Shown one piece after another: positions 1 to 9,557 of a DNA stretch of 64,000 nucleotides. Position 1 is the first letter of the stretch. Every line of letters starts with the position of its first letter. A program made the position numbers and the translations under genes. Source of the DNA: an uncultured Nitrospiraceae bacterium (GTDB taxonomy: Bacteria > Nitrospirota > Nitrospiria > Nitrospirales > Nitrospiraceae); NCBI GenBank assembly GCA_963706325.1, contig CAVPLT010000007.1:672001-736000 (forward strand), written 5' to 3'. A model generated the notes under the pieces. That model did not search any database. It was not told where the DNA came from and worked only from the letters and a program-made list of their open reading frames with translations.

Positions 1-1457
1 GTAAAGTCGAAGCCGGTATTCCGGAAGACGATCCACGGAATCCAGCGGTAATCGCGGACAATGTGGGCGACAACGTCGGCGATTGCGCCGGGATGGCGGC
101 CGATCTGTTCGAAACCTATGCGGTGACGACGGTCGCGGCGATGGTGCTGGCGTTCACGCTCTTCAAGGGAGCCAGTGCGCCCATTCTGTACCCACTCGCA
201 TTGGGCGGCGTGACGGTCTTCGCGACGATCATCGGCATTCTGTTTGTGAAGGTGAGCCCTGGCGGTGAGATCATGCCGGCCTTGTATAAGGGCCTCTTTG
301 TGGCCGGCGGCATCGCGGCCGTGGCGTTTTTCCCGATCACGATCACGATTATGGAAGGCGTCGGCGGCGTGAGCGGCATCAGTTATTACCTCGCGGCATT
401 AATGGGCCTGGCGGTGACGCTCGCGTTGGTGTTCATTACCGACTACTACACGTCCAAGAGTTATGCGCCGGTGAAGTATATTGCCAAGGCGAGCGAAACG
501 GGGCACGCGACCAACATCATTGCCGGTCTGGCCGTCGGCATGCAGTCGACCGCCGCTCCCGTGGTCGTCATTGGTGCGGCGATTCTCGGCAGCTACGCGA
601 TCTGCGGCGGAGCGGAGTCGGGCGGTCTGTACGGTGTGGCCGTGGCCGCAGTGTCGATGCTCTCGATGGCCGGAATTATCGTGGCGATCGATGCCTTCGG
701 GCCGATCACCGACAACGCGGGCGGCATCGCGGAAATGGCCCATCTTGGCAGTGAAGTGCGCAACATTACAGATCCCCTGGATGCGGTGGGCAATACGACC
801 AAGGCGGTGACGAAAGGTTATGCCATCGGATCCGCGGCTCTGGCGGCCTTGGTATTGTTCGCCGAATTTTCACGCGAGGTGGCGGCTTCAAATCCTGCCT
901 TGGCCGCGTTCGATCTTTCCGATCCGAAGGTGCTGGTGGGGTTGTTTCTGGGCGGGATGCTGCCCTTTATTTTCGGCGCGCTCTGCATGAAGGCGGTGGG
1001 CCAGGCGGCAGGTCTAGTGGTGGAAGAGGTCCGGCGGCAGTTTCGGACGATCAAAGGCATCATGGAGGGGACGGGGAAGCCGGAATACGGAACCTGCGTG
1101 GATATTGTGACGCAAGCGGCGATTCAGAAAATGATGATCCCCGGTCTAATTCCCGTGGTCGCTCCGATCCTGGTCGGCGTGGTCCTCGGCCCCCAGGCGC
1201 TCGGCGGCGTGCTTGTCGGTTGTATCGTGACGGGATTGTTCGTGGCAATCTCCATGACGAGCGGCGGCGGCGCCTGGGACAATGCCAAGAAGTATATTGA
1301 AGAGCAGGGCTTGAAGGGAACCGATACCCATAAGGCGGCGGTGACCGGCGATACGGTCGGCGATCCCTACAAGGATACGGCGGGCCCGGCGATCAATCCG
1401 ATGATCAAGGTCATCAACATCGTGGCATTGCTCATTGTGTCGTTGATTGTGAAATAG
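1..1457 (+). CDS. hppA: Membrane H+-translocating pyrophosphatase, K+-independent type (5'-truncated by window edge)
   Basis: Frame open from base 3 ([27 protein letters not shown]). Motifs [18 protein letters not shown] and [10 protein letters not shown] are present. GNTTKA has the Lys typical of K+-independent enzymes. Confidence 0.95.
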   Translation, partial: KVEAGIPEDDPRNPAVIADNVGDNVGDCAGMAADLFETYAVTTVAAMVLAFTLFKGASAPILYPLALGGVTVFATIIGILFVKVSPGGEIMPALYKGLFVAGGIAAVAFFPITITIMEGVGGVSGISYYLAALMGLAVTLALVFITDYYTSKSYAPVKYIAKASETGHATNIIAGLAVGMQSTAAPVVVIGAAILGSYAICGGAESGGLYGVAVAAVSMLSMAGIIVAIDAFGPITDNAGGIAEMAHLGSEVRNITDPLDAVGNTTKAVTKGYAIGSAALAALVLFAEFSREVAASNPALAAFDLSDPKVLVGLFLGGMLPFIFGALCMKAVGQAAGLVVEEVRRQFRTIKGIMEGTGKPEYGTCVDIVTQAAIQKMMIPGLIPVVAPILVGVVLGPQALGGVLVGCIVTGLFVAISMTSGGGAWDNAKKYIEEQGLKGTDTHKAAVTGDTVGDPYKDTAGPAINPMIKVINIVALLIVSLIVK

Positions 1458-1570
1458 CGGGCGCCAGCTCTCGGCGTATCGGCTGTTGGCTTGACGAGTT
1501 CGGCGACCCTAGGGTAAGGTGACGAAAGGCCGTTGGTGTGAACAGTGCCTGACTGACTGGAGGTGCTCCG

Positions 1571-1768
1571 ATGGAGAAACAGGAGAGGAGACCGGAATCC
1601 AGGAAAGAATCCCATAACAAGGAAGAGGTCAAACCGAATCCAAAAGTCGTCGAGTCCGGGAAGAAAATGAAAGAGGACATCGACAAGCTAGTCGATGAAA
1701 TCGATGACGTGCTCGAAAAAAATGCCGAAGAGTTCGTGAAGAACTATGTGCAAAAGGGAGGGGAATAG
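1571..1768 (+). CDS. pup: Prokaryotic ubiquitin-like protein Pup
   Basis: 65 aa with a charged, disordered N-terminus. The C-terminus DKLVDEIDDVLEKNAEEFVKNYVQKGGE matches the Pup signature. GGAGGT RBS upstream. Confidence 0.88.
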   Translation: MEKQERRPESRKESHNKEEVKPNPKVVESGKKMKEDIDKLVDEIDDVLEKNAEEFVKNYVQKGGE

Positions 1769-1785
1769 TCCCCGCCCTTTTTTAT
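1752..1785 (+). terminator. Probable intrinsic terminator after pup
   Basis: AAAGGGAGGGGA-atag-TCCCCGCCCTTT followed by a T-run. Confidence 0.6.
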
Positions 1786-1963
1786 TGCGTATTTCGTGTT
1801 GATCCTTACATTTCAAGCCCGAGCATTCATCTATCGCCACAAAGCTGCTCGCGTCCGGTGTCTCACTCCAGACGAGTCTCGTTTGACAAAGATGGGGTGA
1901 GTCGATACCATTCCCCTTACTTCTCAGTAACTTCTGACTATTTCCGATAGAAACCGAGGATCC

Positions 1964-3670
1964 ATGCAGGAAAGACTGTGGGTATTCCGTCCGTCGGATA
2001 TCGAATTGCAGCATAATCTGTCGCGTCTGTTATCTATTTCTGCCGTGACGGCATCCGTGTTACTGGCTCGTGGGGTCACAACGGCCGATGAAGCTGGCCG
2101 GTGGATGTCCAGTGCGCAAGAGCGGCTACACGATCCTTTCCTGATTCCCGACATGGAACAGGCGGTCGAGCGCTTGCACCTGGCCTTGTCACGGCAGGAG
2201 CAGGTCTGTTTCTACGGGGATTATGATGTCGACGGGGTCTCGGCCACAAGTCTCTATCTGTCCTTTTACCAGGGCCTTGGGGGGAACGGGCGCGGATATA
2301 TCCCGCACCGTCTTCGAGAAGGGTACGGCTTAAATGAGGCGGCAATTCGACAGTTAGCCCAGGAAGGGATTACGCTCTTGGTGACGTCCGATTGCGGCAC
2401 GACGTCCCATCATGAAATTGGGCTCGCGAACCAGCTCGGGATGGATGTGCTGGTAACAGATCATCACCAAACCGACGCCGTGATGCCTCCTGCCCTCGCT
2501 GTACTAAATCCGCACCGGCGCGACGCGATCTATCCATTTAAGGGACTCTGTTCTGCGGGACTCGCTTATAAGGTGGTGTCTGCCTACCAGCAACGATATG
2601 GGTCGGGTGATGTGGATCCGGAGTCCTGTCTCGATCTGGTGGCCTTGGCGACGGTAGCCGACATCGTGCCGCTTCAGGATGAGAACCGTATCCTCGTTCG
2701 AGCGGGCCTTAGGCAGATCACGCAAGACGCTCGCTGCGGGATTCGGGCATTGAAGCACGTAGCCGGCATCACAAAGACCTGCACGAGTGAAACCATTGGC
2801 TTTCGCCTGGGACCCCGGTTGAATGCAGCGGGCCGCTTAGACCATGCGATGTTGTGTGTGCGGCTTTTGACGACGGATTCCGAGCAGGAGGCCAGGCAAA
2901 TCGCTGAACAGTTGGAGCAGCTCAATCGACAACGCCAGCAGATCGAAGCGGGAATCACCAGCAAGGCGGCCGCCTCTTTGCTGGAGGATGAACTGGCCGC
3001 CGCGATCGTGCTGGCTTCCCGTGACTGGCATCTGGGCGTTGTGGGGATTGTAGCCGCTCGGTTGGTGGATCAGTTCCACCGGCCAAGCATCGTCATTGCA
3101 GTGGATGGGCAGGGGATCGGCAAGGGATCGGCTCGGACGATAGAGGGATTCGATTTGTACCAGGGGTTAGCTGAATGTCGAGATCTGCTGGAGGCCTTTG
3201 GAGGCCATCCAAGCGCCGCTGGACTGACCATCAAGGAATCTCGCTTGGAGGAGTTTCGTGGACGATTTTCTGAGGTCGCTGCTCAGTGGGCCAGTTCCGC
3301 CCGCACAGTGCGGACGTTGCAGGTCGATGCAGAGGTGAATCTGACGGACGTCAATTTTGGGTTGATACAGGAACTGGAATCCCTGCATCCCTTTGGCGCC
3401 GGGAATCCGGAACCCACGTTGGCCGTTCGCGGGCTCGATATATTGGATGCGCGAGTGGTCGGCGAGAAGCATCTGAAGCTGCGTGTACGGCAAGGCCGCT
3501 CGTATATTTTTGATAGCATTGGTTTCCGTATGGGATCGTTGGAAGACTTGGGTCTGAGGGCTGGTCGTCCGATCGATTTAGCCTTCAGCCCTGAACGCAA
3601 TCACTGGAATGGCCAAGACCGTGTGCAGTTGCGCATTAAGGCTCTTCGCATGAGCGGTGGGATATCGTAA
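1964..3670 (+). CDS. recJ: ssDNA-specific exonuclease RecJ
   Basis: DHH-family motifs YGDYDVDG, TSDCG, TDHH, GPRLNAAGR, GSAR and FGGH. Confidence 0.96.
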   Translation: MQERLWVFRPSDIELQHNLSRLLSISAVTASVLLARGVTTADEAGRWMSSAQERLHDPFLIPDMEQAVERLHLALSRQEQVCFYGDYDVDGVSATSLYLSFYQGLGGNGRGYIPHRLREGYGLNEAAIRQLAQEGITLLVTSDCGTTSHHEIGLANQLGMDVLVTDHHQTDAVMPPALAVLNPHRRDAIYPFKGLCSAGLAYKVVSAYQQRYGSGDVDPESCLDLVALATVADIVPLQDENRILVRAGLRQITQDARCGIRALKHVAGITKTCTSETIGFRLGPRLNAAGRLDHAMLCVRLLTTDSEQEARQIAEQLEQLNRQRQQIEAGITSKAAASLLEDELAAAIVLASRDWHLGVVGIVAARLVDQFHRPSIVIAVDGQGIGKGSARTIEGFDLYQGLAECRDLLEAFGGHPSAAGLTIKESRLEEFRGRFSEVAAQWASSARTVRTLQVDAEVNLTDVNFGLIQELESLHPFGAGNPEPTLAVRGLDILDARVVGEKHLKLRVRQGRSYIFDSIGFRMGSLEDLGLRAGRPIDLAFSPERNHWNGQDRVQLRIKALRMSGGIS

Positions 3671-3672
3671 GC

Positions 3673-5856
3673 ATGCCGCACGAGACGGTGACAGAACTTG
3701 ATCAGTTGATCGAGCGAGTGAAGAGCTACAATGTCGAGGCCGATGTGGATCTGGTGCGTCGAGCCTATGATTTTTCTGCGAAGGCGCATGAAGGCCAAAT
3801 GCGCCGATCAGGCGAGCCCTACCTGCGGCACCCCCTCGCGGTGGCTGGCCTGTTGACCCATCTCAAGACTGATGTGACGGCCATTGTCGCCGGCCTGCTG
3901 CACGATACGTTGGAAGATACCCTGGCCACGCCCCTGGAGTTGGAGCAGCGGTTCGGGAAGGATGTGTTGCAGCTTGTTGACGGCGTCACCAAAATCGGCA
4001 AAATTACGTTCCGCAACTACGAGGAAAAACAGGCTGAGAATTTTCGAAAAATGCTGCTTTCGATGGCAGACGATATCCGCGTTGTGTTGATCAAGCTTGC
4101 AGACCGGCTGCACAATATGCGGACGTTGGAGTATCTCAGCGAGCCGAAGCGGCAGGAAATCGCCCAGGAGACGCTGGAAATTTATGCTCCGCTCGCCAAC
4201 CGCCTCGGGATCGGCTGGATCAAGAATGAACTCGAAGATCTGTGTCTGAAACATTTGAAGCCGGATGTGTACGAATCGTTGCGGGTCCTCGTCTCGAAGC
4301 GCGACGACGATCGGCAGCAGTATATTGTGGAAGTCATCGATATGGTAAAGGCGGCCATGGGGGAGGCTGGCTTGGACGGTGAGGTATCCGGCCGGCCAAA
4401 GCATTTGTACGGTATTTATCAGAAGATGGAGAAACAATCGATTTCGTTTGAGGAAGTGTACGATCTAGCAGCTCTCCGTATCATTACGGACATCAAAATG
4501 AACTGCTATGCACTGCTGGGCGTGATCCATTCTCTGTGGCGGCCCTTACCCGGCCGGTTCAAGGACTACATCGCCATTCCCAAATCCAATCTCTATCAGT
4601 CGCTGCATACCACCGTGGTGGGTCCCAAAGGGGAACACGTCGAATTTCAGATCCGCACGGAGGAGATGCATCGAGTGTCGGAGCAGGGCATTGCCGCGCA
4701 TTGGAAGTACAAAGAACATGGGCGCATCGATGAGAAAGATGGGAAGGTCTTTAGTTGGTTGCGGCAATTCGTAGAATGGAATCAAGATCTTCCTGACAAT
4801 CGCCAATTTATGGATTCGGTCAAGTTGGATCTATTTCACGACGTGGTGTACGTCTTTACTCCGCAAGGCATGGTGAAGGAACTCCCCAAAGGCTCCACGC
4901 CGGTCGATTTTGCGTATTCCGTGCACACGGAGATCGGGGATCACTGCGTCGGAGCCAAGGTCAACGGCAAAATCGTCCCGCTGAAACATATGATGGCGAG
5001 CGGGGACATGGTGGAAATTTTGACCGCCGCCAACCAGACGCCGCACCGTGATTGGCTGAAGTTCGTGCGAACATCGCGGGCGAAAACGAAGATCAAACAC
5101 TGGATTAAGGCAGAAGAGCAGTCTCGCAGCGTTGAGATTGGGAAGCGTTTGCTGGAAGCCGAATTTCGTCGACATGGGCTGGCGCCGGCTCAGATGATGC
5201 GATCGGATCAACTCCTCGCCGTAGCCAAGCAGGTTGGTCATGAGACGACGGATGAGTTGGCCGCAGCCGTTGGCTTCGGCCACGTACCGACTTCCCAGGT
5301 GATGAGTAAGCTCGTTCCCCCAGTGCCCACGACGACCCTAGCGGTCGCACTGGAATCGCCGACCGTGCCGAAATCGATCGCTGGCAGAACGGATGACACC
5401 GGTGTGCAGGTCAAAGGCGCTCGCGACTTGCTCATGCAGTTGTCCCGCTGCTGCAACCCGGTACCGGGGGATCGTATTCTGGGCTATATTACAAGGGGGC
5501 GCGGGCTCACGATTCATACCATCGATTGTCCCAATTTGGGAGCATTAGACTATGACAAGAACAGGTTGGTTGAAGTGGAGTGGGACCATTCCACGCCCAG
5601 CACTCATGCGGTGAAAATCTCAGTCATTGCTGTGGACAAGACCGGAGTCCTTGCGCATGTTTCCACAGCTATTTCGGAATGCCAAGCTAACATCAGTCGC
5701 GCTGAAATTACGACCCGCGAAGATCGAAAGGCAATGCTGGATTTCATTGTCGAAGTCCTGGATACCGCGCACATGGGACGAGTCCTCAAAGCGATCGAAA
5801 AGGTCGACGGCGTGATTACGGTACGGCGAGTCCGTTCATGGCAGGAACGACCCTAG
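3673..5856 (+). CDS. relA: Bifunctional (p)ppGpp synthetase/hydrolase (long RSH)
   Basis: Intact HD motif (LLHDTLED), synthetase motifs (RFKDYI, YQSLHT, EFQIRT, AAHWKYK), TGS, CC and ACT domains. Confidence 0.95.
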   Translation: MPHETVTELDQLIERVKSYNVEADVDLVRRAYDFSAKAHEGQMRRSGEPYLRHPLAVAGLLTHLKTDVTAIVAGLLHDTLEDTLATPLELEQRFGKDVLQLVDGVTKIGKITFRNYEEKQAENFRKMLLSMADDIRVVLIKLADRLHNMRTLEYLSEPKRQEIAQETLEIYAPLANRLGIGWIKNELEDLCLKHLKPDVYESLRVLVSKRDDDRQQYIVEVIDMVKAAMGEAGLDGEVSGRPKHLYGIYQKMEKQSISFEEVYDLAALRIITDIKMNCYALLGVIHSLWRPLPGRFKDYIAIPKSNLYQSLHTTVVGPKGEHVEFQIRTEEMHRVSEQGIAAHWKYKEHGRIDEKDGKVFSWLRQFVEWNQDLPDNRQFMDSVKLDLFHDVVYVFTPQGMVKELPKGSTPVDFAYSVHTEIGDHCVGAKVNGKIVPLKHMMASGDMVEILTAANQTPHRDWLKFVRTSRAKTKIKHWIKAEEQSRSVEIGKRLLEAEFRRHGLAPAQMMRSDQLLAVAKQVGHETTDELAAAVGFGHVPTSQVMSKLVPPVPTTTLAVALESPTVPKSIAGRTDDTGVQVKGARDLLMQLSRCCNPVPGDRILGYITRGRGLTIHTIDCPNLGALDYDKNRLVEVEWDHSTPSTHAVKISVIAVDKTGVLAHVSTAISECQANISRAEITTREDRKAMLDFIVEVLDTAHMGRVLKAIEKVDGVITVRRVRSWQERP

Positions 5857-5904
5857 TGAGAGAAGCCTCCCATTACTCTCTTTCCTACCGTCAGCGATAT
5901 TCGC

Positions 5905-6826
5905 ATGAGCTTCGTGATGCTGACCGGGGTCGTGGTCGTGATTAGTCGCGACCGTAGTATTGACGGCGCGATCCGCATCTTTACTCGGGGTGATCGGGCC
6001 CCAGCGCTTCCGTTCTATGCCGATGGTGTTGGCCTATTGCTTGTCATCGCGGGGCTGATAGCGCGTAGCGAGATAGTGACCGTATCCACACACTGTTCAG
6101 CCCCGACTTGATGCCCTAGCCTGGCTCGACGGCTCCCATTTCTCTTTACGATTCTGGAGGTCTTTTTATCGGCGAGTGGTCGATTGAGCGGGGTAACGGT
6201 CCATCCCAATGTGGTCCGGCAGCTGCTGATCGGCGCCGAGGTCTTGGCTACGGTAGTCTTGATTCTTTGGCTGGCCAAGGGAGTCAACGTCGTAGCGTTA
6301 GTGGTCTTGCCCACTGTGGCGGCGGCGATGGTCGAGGTTGCATTGAAAGACATGCCGATACGAGTTTTCCCCAGCGTTGAGTGGGGAAAGATCGTAAAAG
6401 CAGGAGATTGGATCACGGTGTTTGGGAAGGTAATGTGGCGAACATCGGAATGGAGAATGTCACCATGTGTGACACCATCCATGATAGGTATCCTTGGCCA
6501 ATGGTGGGGTGATTGAGAGTGGCGTGACCAATTTCAGCCTGCCGCCGACGACTTATTTCTGCAATGTTTGTGAGGGTAGCGTATCGGACTCCTTTGGAAC
6601 AAGTCTGCGCGACGCTGTTGGAGACGGCTGGCGCTGTGACGGGAGTATACACGAACTTAAGACCCCTGCTCTGGTGATGGCATTTAACAAACAGCTATTT
6701 AGTACCGGGTCAAATTTCCGATTTGAGATTATGCGCAGTGCGATATTTTCGAGAGCACAATGCGGCCCTGTGTCTGGCATGCTTTTGCTCGAAAGAACAT
6801 CGAGGTTCCGTCTCCGCAGCGAGTGA
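5905..6826 (+). pseudogene. Degenerate MscS-family mechanosensitive channel gene
   Basis: Fragments in different frames read GVNVVAL...ALKD...IVKAGDWITV, then EGNVANIGMENVT, then ANGGVIESGVTNFSLP. This follows the order of the MscS TM3/beta-domain motifs. Frameshifts and stops interrupt it. Confidence 0.55.
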
Positions 6827-7191
6827 TTCACAGGAGCCGGAGTGCCGATAGTGCGAACATGAGATCGACCGTAACGACCCTGGGGAGTTGACAGTTTGGG
6901 GGAGGTATTTTTGCTGACATTGAACCACGGTCAGCGACTATATGGCGATGACTGAACTCCTATTGAGGCCGTGTGAAAAGAGGCCTCATGCAGGTTGTAC
7001 AGGACGATCGACGGCTGCTCGAACGGATCGGAGGAATTGTGGTCAAGCGTTGGTCAGCACTGCTGCCGCGAAGCGGAGCTATCCCTTGATGCAGAGGCTA
7101 TCCGATGGTCACTGTACACGCTCGTTGGTTGAGCGCATTCATAATTTTCCGGGGAGCGCGCAATACTCAACTCCAAGTGGATAAATGCCGG

Positions 7192-7704
7192 TCACGGCTG
7201 CTTAAAACTTAGCCGCATCCCGCGTTGCAATTGAAGCGCCTCGGCGCGACCCTCGCCTAGTTCCAGTACGTACAGGGCGCCTTCGCTTGAATGATATTGC
7301 GGACAGCCATCATCTTGCCTCGTGCAGATGGGAACGCTACGCTCGATATGGATAATCGTTTTTTTTCCGTCCATCCAGATGATGTCCAGTGGGATTTTGG
7401 TATTTTTCATCCAGAATGTCCAAGGCTGAGCGTCACCGAAGATGAACAGCATGCCACGGTCGTTGGCGAGATGTTCACGAAACATTAAACCTTGGGCGCG
7501 TTTCAGCGATGTATCCGCCAATTCAGCCTGAATCAACGCCCCATGTGGCGTCTTGACTGTGATGAGGATTTCGGGGGAAGGATCCGCGGCAAGAATGGGT
7601 CTACTGACGATACAAATGAGGATGGCCAACATACGAAGTGCTAAGGGACCCAGAGCCACTAGAAAGGTTTTCTTATGCCGATGTCTCACAAGGTTAAGTC
7701 CCAT
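7192..7704 (-). CDS. DUF192 family protein
   Basis: AELADT..RAQGLMFR, GMLFIF, FWMKNT.IPLDIIW and YVLEL motifs. Start uncertain (7704 or ~7632). Confidence 0.9.
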   Translation of the reverse strand: MGLNLVRHRHKKTFLVALGPLALRMLAILICIVSRPILAADPSPEILITVKTPHGALIQAELADTSLKRAQGLMFREHLANDRGMLFIFGDAQPWTFWMKNTKIPLDIIWMDGKKTIIHIERSVPICTRQDDGCPQYHSSEGALYVLELGEGRAEALQLQRGMRLSFKQP

Positions 7705-7710
7705 GGTCGC

Positions 7711-7739
7711 ATCCTAGCGGGCTCCTCATGTGTCGTCAA
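7711..7739 (-). promoter_or_regulatory. Putative sigma70 promoter for the DUF192 gene
   Basis: TTGACG-17bp-TAGGAT on the minus strand. Confidence 0.45.
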
Positions 7740-7837
7740 GACACTGGTTTGAGTAAGTGCTTCGCCTCTTGCCTTGCAATTCCGCCGGCCCCTATGCCAT
7801 CCTCAACCCATCGTTTGATTTGCGAGGAGGAGCTGTA

Positions 7838-8023
7838 ATGAAGGAAACTCGGCGCGTGGTTTATATGCGGGGTGTATTTGTTTGTCCGAAGTGTCGCCAA
7901 TCATATGTGCAAGAGAAATGGATCGAGGAATTCCGAATCCGTTGCCATAAGTGTGACTATCGCGGGACCTTGACCCAGGTGTCGGTTGAAGAGCACATGG
8001 ATGAGGAAACGGTACGTCGGTAG
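7838..8023 (+). CDS. Small zinc-ribbon protein
   Basis: Strong GAGGAGG RBS before ATG 7838. Contains CPKC...CHKC. Confidence 0.7.
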   Translation: MKETRRVVYMRGVFVCPKCRQSYVQEKWIEEFRIRCHKCDYRGTLTQVSVEEHMDEETVRR

Positions 8024-8157
8024 CGACCACATTTTCTGGCGATTGCTGCGCTGAACCTTCCCTTGTCTTCCGATCAGGAAGACGTGAGTGAATGATAGGC
8101 CGTGCAAATCGTGCCCTGCCAATCGGTTCTTCTACTTACGCCTCAAACGGAGGCACC

Positions 8158-8790
8158 ATGATTCAGATATTGCGCGTTCTTTTGCTATGCACGACTAGCT
8201 TTGGGCTGGCGTCGGCCAATGCCCTATTGGCTGATGAATCGCCAGCCATCACTGTGTTGGTAGCCTATCATTCTCGTTCCGGTCACACCGAGCAAATGGC
8301 GAAGGCGGCGGCTGAGGGAGTTCGAAGGGTCTCCCTCACGCATGTGATTGTGAAGCGAGTGCAACAGGTGACGGCTGAGGAGTTGTTTGCTGCAGACGCC
8401 ATCGTCCTTGGGTCTCCCGTTTATTGGTCCAATATGGCCGGCGAAGTGAAGACTTTCATTGATGACTGGCAATTCAAGTTCGGGGTTTTCCCCGAGTTCA
8501 AACTCAAGAACAAGGTCGGGGCTGCATTTTCCACCGGGGGCCAGATTTCAAGTGGAAAGGAGTTGACGCTGCTCTCGATACTGGCGGCGATGCTTGGAAA
8601 TTATATGATTGTGGTCGGCGGCGGCGGTGCCTTTGGCGCCTCCGCGACGACAGAAGGTGATAGTACCGGTATCAATGAGCAAGAGCTGGCGGGAGCTCGT
8701 GACCTGGGCGAGCGGGTCGCAGAGATAACCATTGCCGTGAGGCGCGGTTTTGAGTTGCGGGAAAGATCGTCTGTTTCGAGCGGACATTGA
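8158..8790 (+). CDS. WrbA/flavodoxin-like NAD(P)H-dependent oxidoreductase with N-terminal signal-like peptide
   Basis: YHSRSGHTEQMA FMN loop, ADAIVLGSPVY and KVGAAF. GGAGG RBS before ATG 8158. Confidence 0.88.
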   Translation: MIQILRVLLLCTTSFGLASANALLADESPAITVLVAYHSRSGHTEQMAKAAAEGVRRVSLTHVIVKRVQQVTAEELFAADAIVLGSPVYWSNMAGEVKTFIDDWQFKFGVFPEFKLKNKVGAAFSTGGQISSGKELTLLSILAAMLGNYMIVVGGGGAFGASATTEGDSTGINEQELAGARDLGERVAEITIAVRRGFELRERSSVSSGH

Positions 8791-8834
8791 TCGTTCTAGA
8801 AGAGCACGGCTGGCGGTTCGTCGGCACGTGGAAT

Positions 8835-9041
8835 CTAGGTCGAAACGGGTTTAGGGTAGGCGCCTTCAAGCTGGTTTTTTGCCAAAGTTACGAGTTCGTG
8901 GATATTTTTAGCACAACGACCACAGCACCCATGTTCACGCAAGCCAAACTCAGCTACGATTTGCCGAGTGGTCAGACAGCCCTGCCGACCGGCTTCCCGC
9001 ACGTCTGATTCCGTCAATCCTTTACATAAGCAGACATACAT
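8835..9041 (-). CDS. bfd: Bacterioferritin-associated [2Fe-2S] ferredoxin (Bfd-like)
   Basis: MYVCLCKGLTESDV...CCGRC Bfd cysteine pattern. GGGAG RBS. Confidence 0.85.
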   Translation of the reverse strand: MYVCLCKGLTESDVREAGRQGCLTTRQIVAEFGLREHGCCGRCAKNIHELVTLAKNQLEGAYPKPVST

Positions 9042-9103
9042 GAGGGGTATCTCCCACTGATGATCTACGAATTTATTAGGCGTGTTGAGCAATCATGTTT
9101 CTC

Positions 9104-9122
9104 GATACTGATAAGCGTTATC
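9104..9122. promoter_or_regulatory. Fur box upstream of bfd
   Basis: GATACTGATAAGCGTTATC matches the classical Fur consensus GATAATGATAATCATTATC at 16/19 positions. Confidence 0.7.
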
Positions 9123-9132
9123 AATTGATGGG

Positions 9133-9161
9133 AGTATAGCTTTCGCAGCGAAGACTGTCAA
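9133..9161 (-). promoter_or_regulatory. sigma70 promoter of bfd
   Basis: TTGACA-17bp-TATACT on the minus strand, immediately upstream of the Fur box. Confidence 0.75.
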
Positions 9162-9455
9162 GAACTGTAAATAATGTTTTCGTCAGTCACCCAACGTGTG
9201 ACCTAGCGGATAGGATCTGCCAGGAAATTAAGTGACTTAAATCGAGTTCTTGGCAGGTGCAACGACGAAAACTCTGTCTACCAGCTAAGACTCCATTGGT
9301 AAGAATGTAGGTAAGCAATCAGGGTAAGGCGTATTGTTATACTCTCGGTCATTAAAGCCACAAGGCATCAGATTCTAGTGAATCATCGGTTTTTAATCTG
9401 GATAAATGTCTGTAGGGTGTAGTTGCAGAAAACAATATAGAAGTGTGAGTTCATC

Positions 9456-9551
9456 AAAAAACGCGAAGGCAGGAAGCTCTTTCGAACTTCCTGCCTTCGT
9501 TCGGGCTCACGCTCTTCACAGGGGAAAAAGGCGAGGCCTTTTTCCCCTGTG
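9456..9551 (-). terminator. Tandem hairpins/terminator downstream of nxrB copy 1
   Basis: Two stems. The first is CGAAGGCAGGAAG/CTTCCTGCCTTCG, followed by T6 on the minus strand. The second is CACAGGGGAAAAAGGC/GCCTTTTTCCCCTGTG. Confidence 0.75.
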
Positions 9552-9557
9552 TGAGTA

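Noticed and set aside
1571..1768. Calling the small protein UBact
   Set aside because: The C-terminus (EIDDVLEKNAEEFV..YVQKGGE) matches Pup rather than the R[ST]G[EQ]-type UBact ending.
6830..7190. Possible ncRNA or ORF 6942-7184
   Set aside because: Only a short GAGGCC/GGCCTC stem. No tRNA, tmRNA, SRP or RNase P features, and no protein motif.
8103..8118. GGGCACGATTTGCA on the minus strand as a sigma54 promoter
   Set aside because: GG-GC spacing is 8-9 nt, not the required 10.
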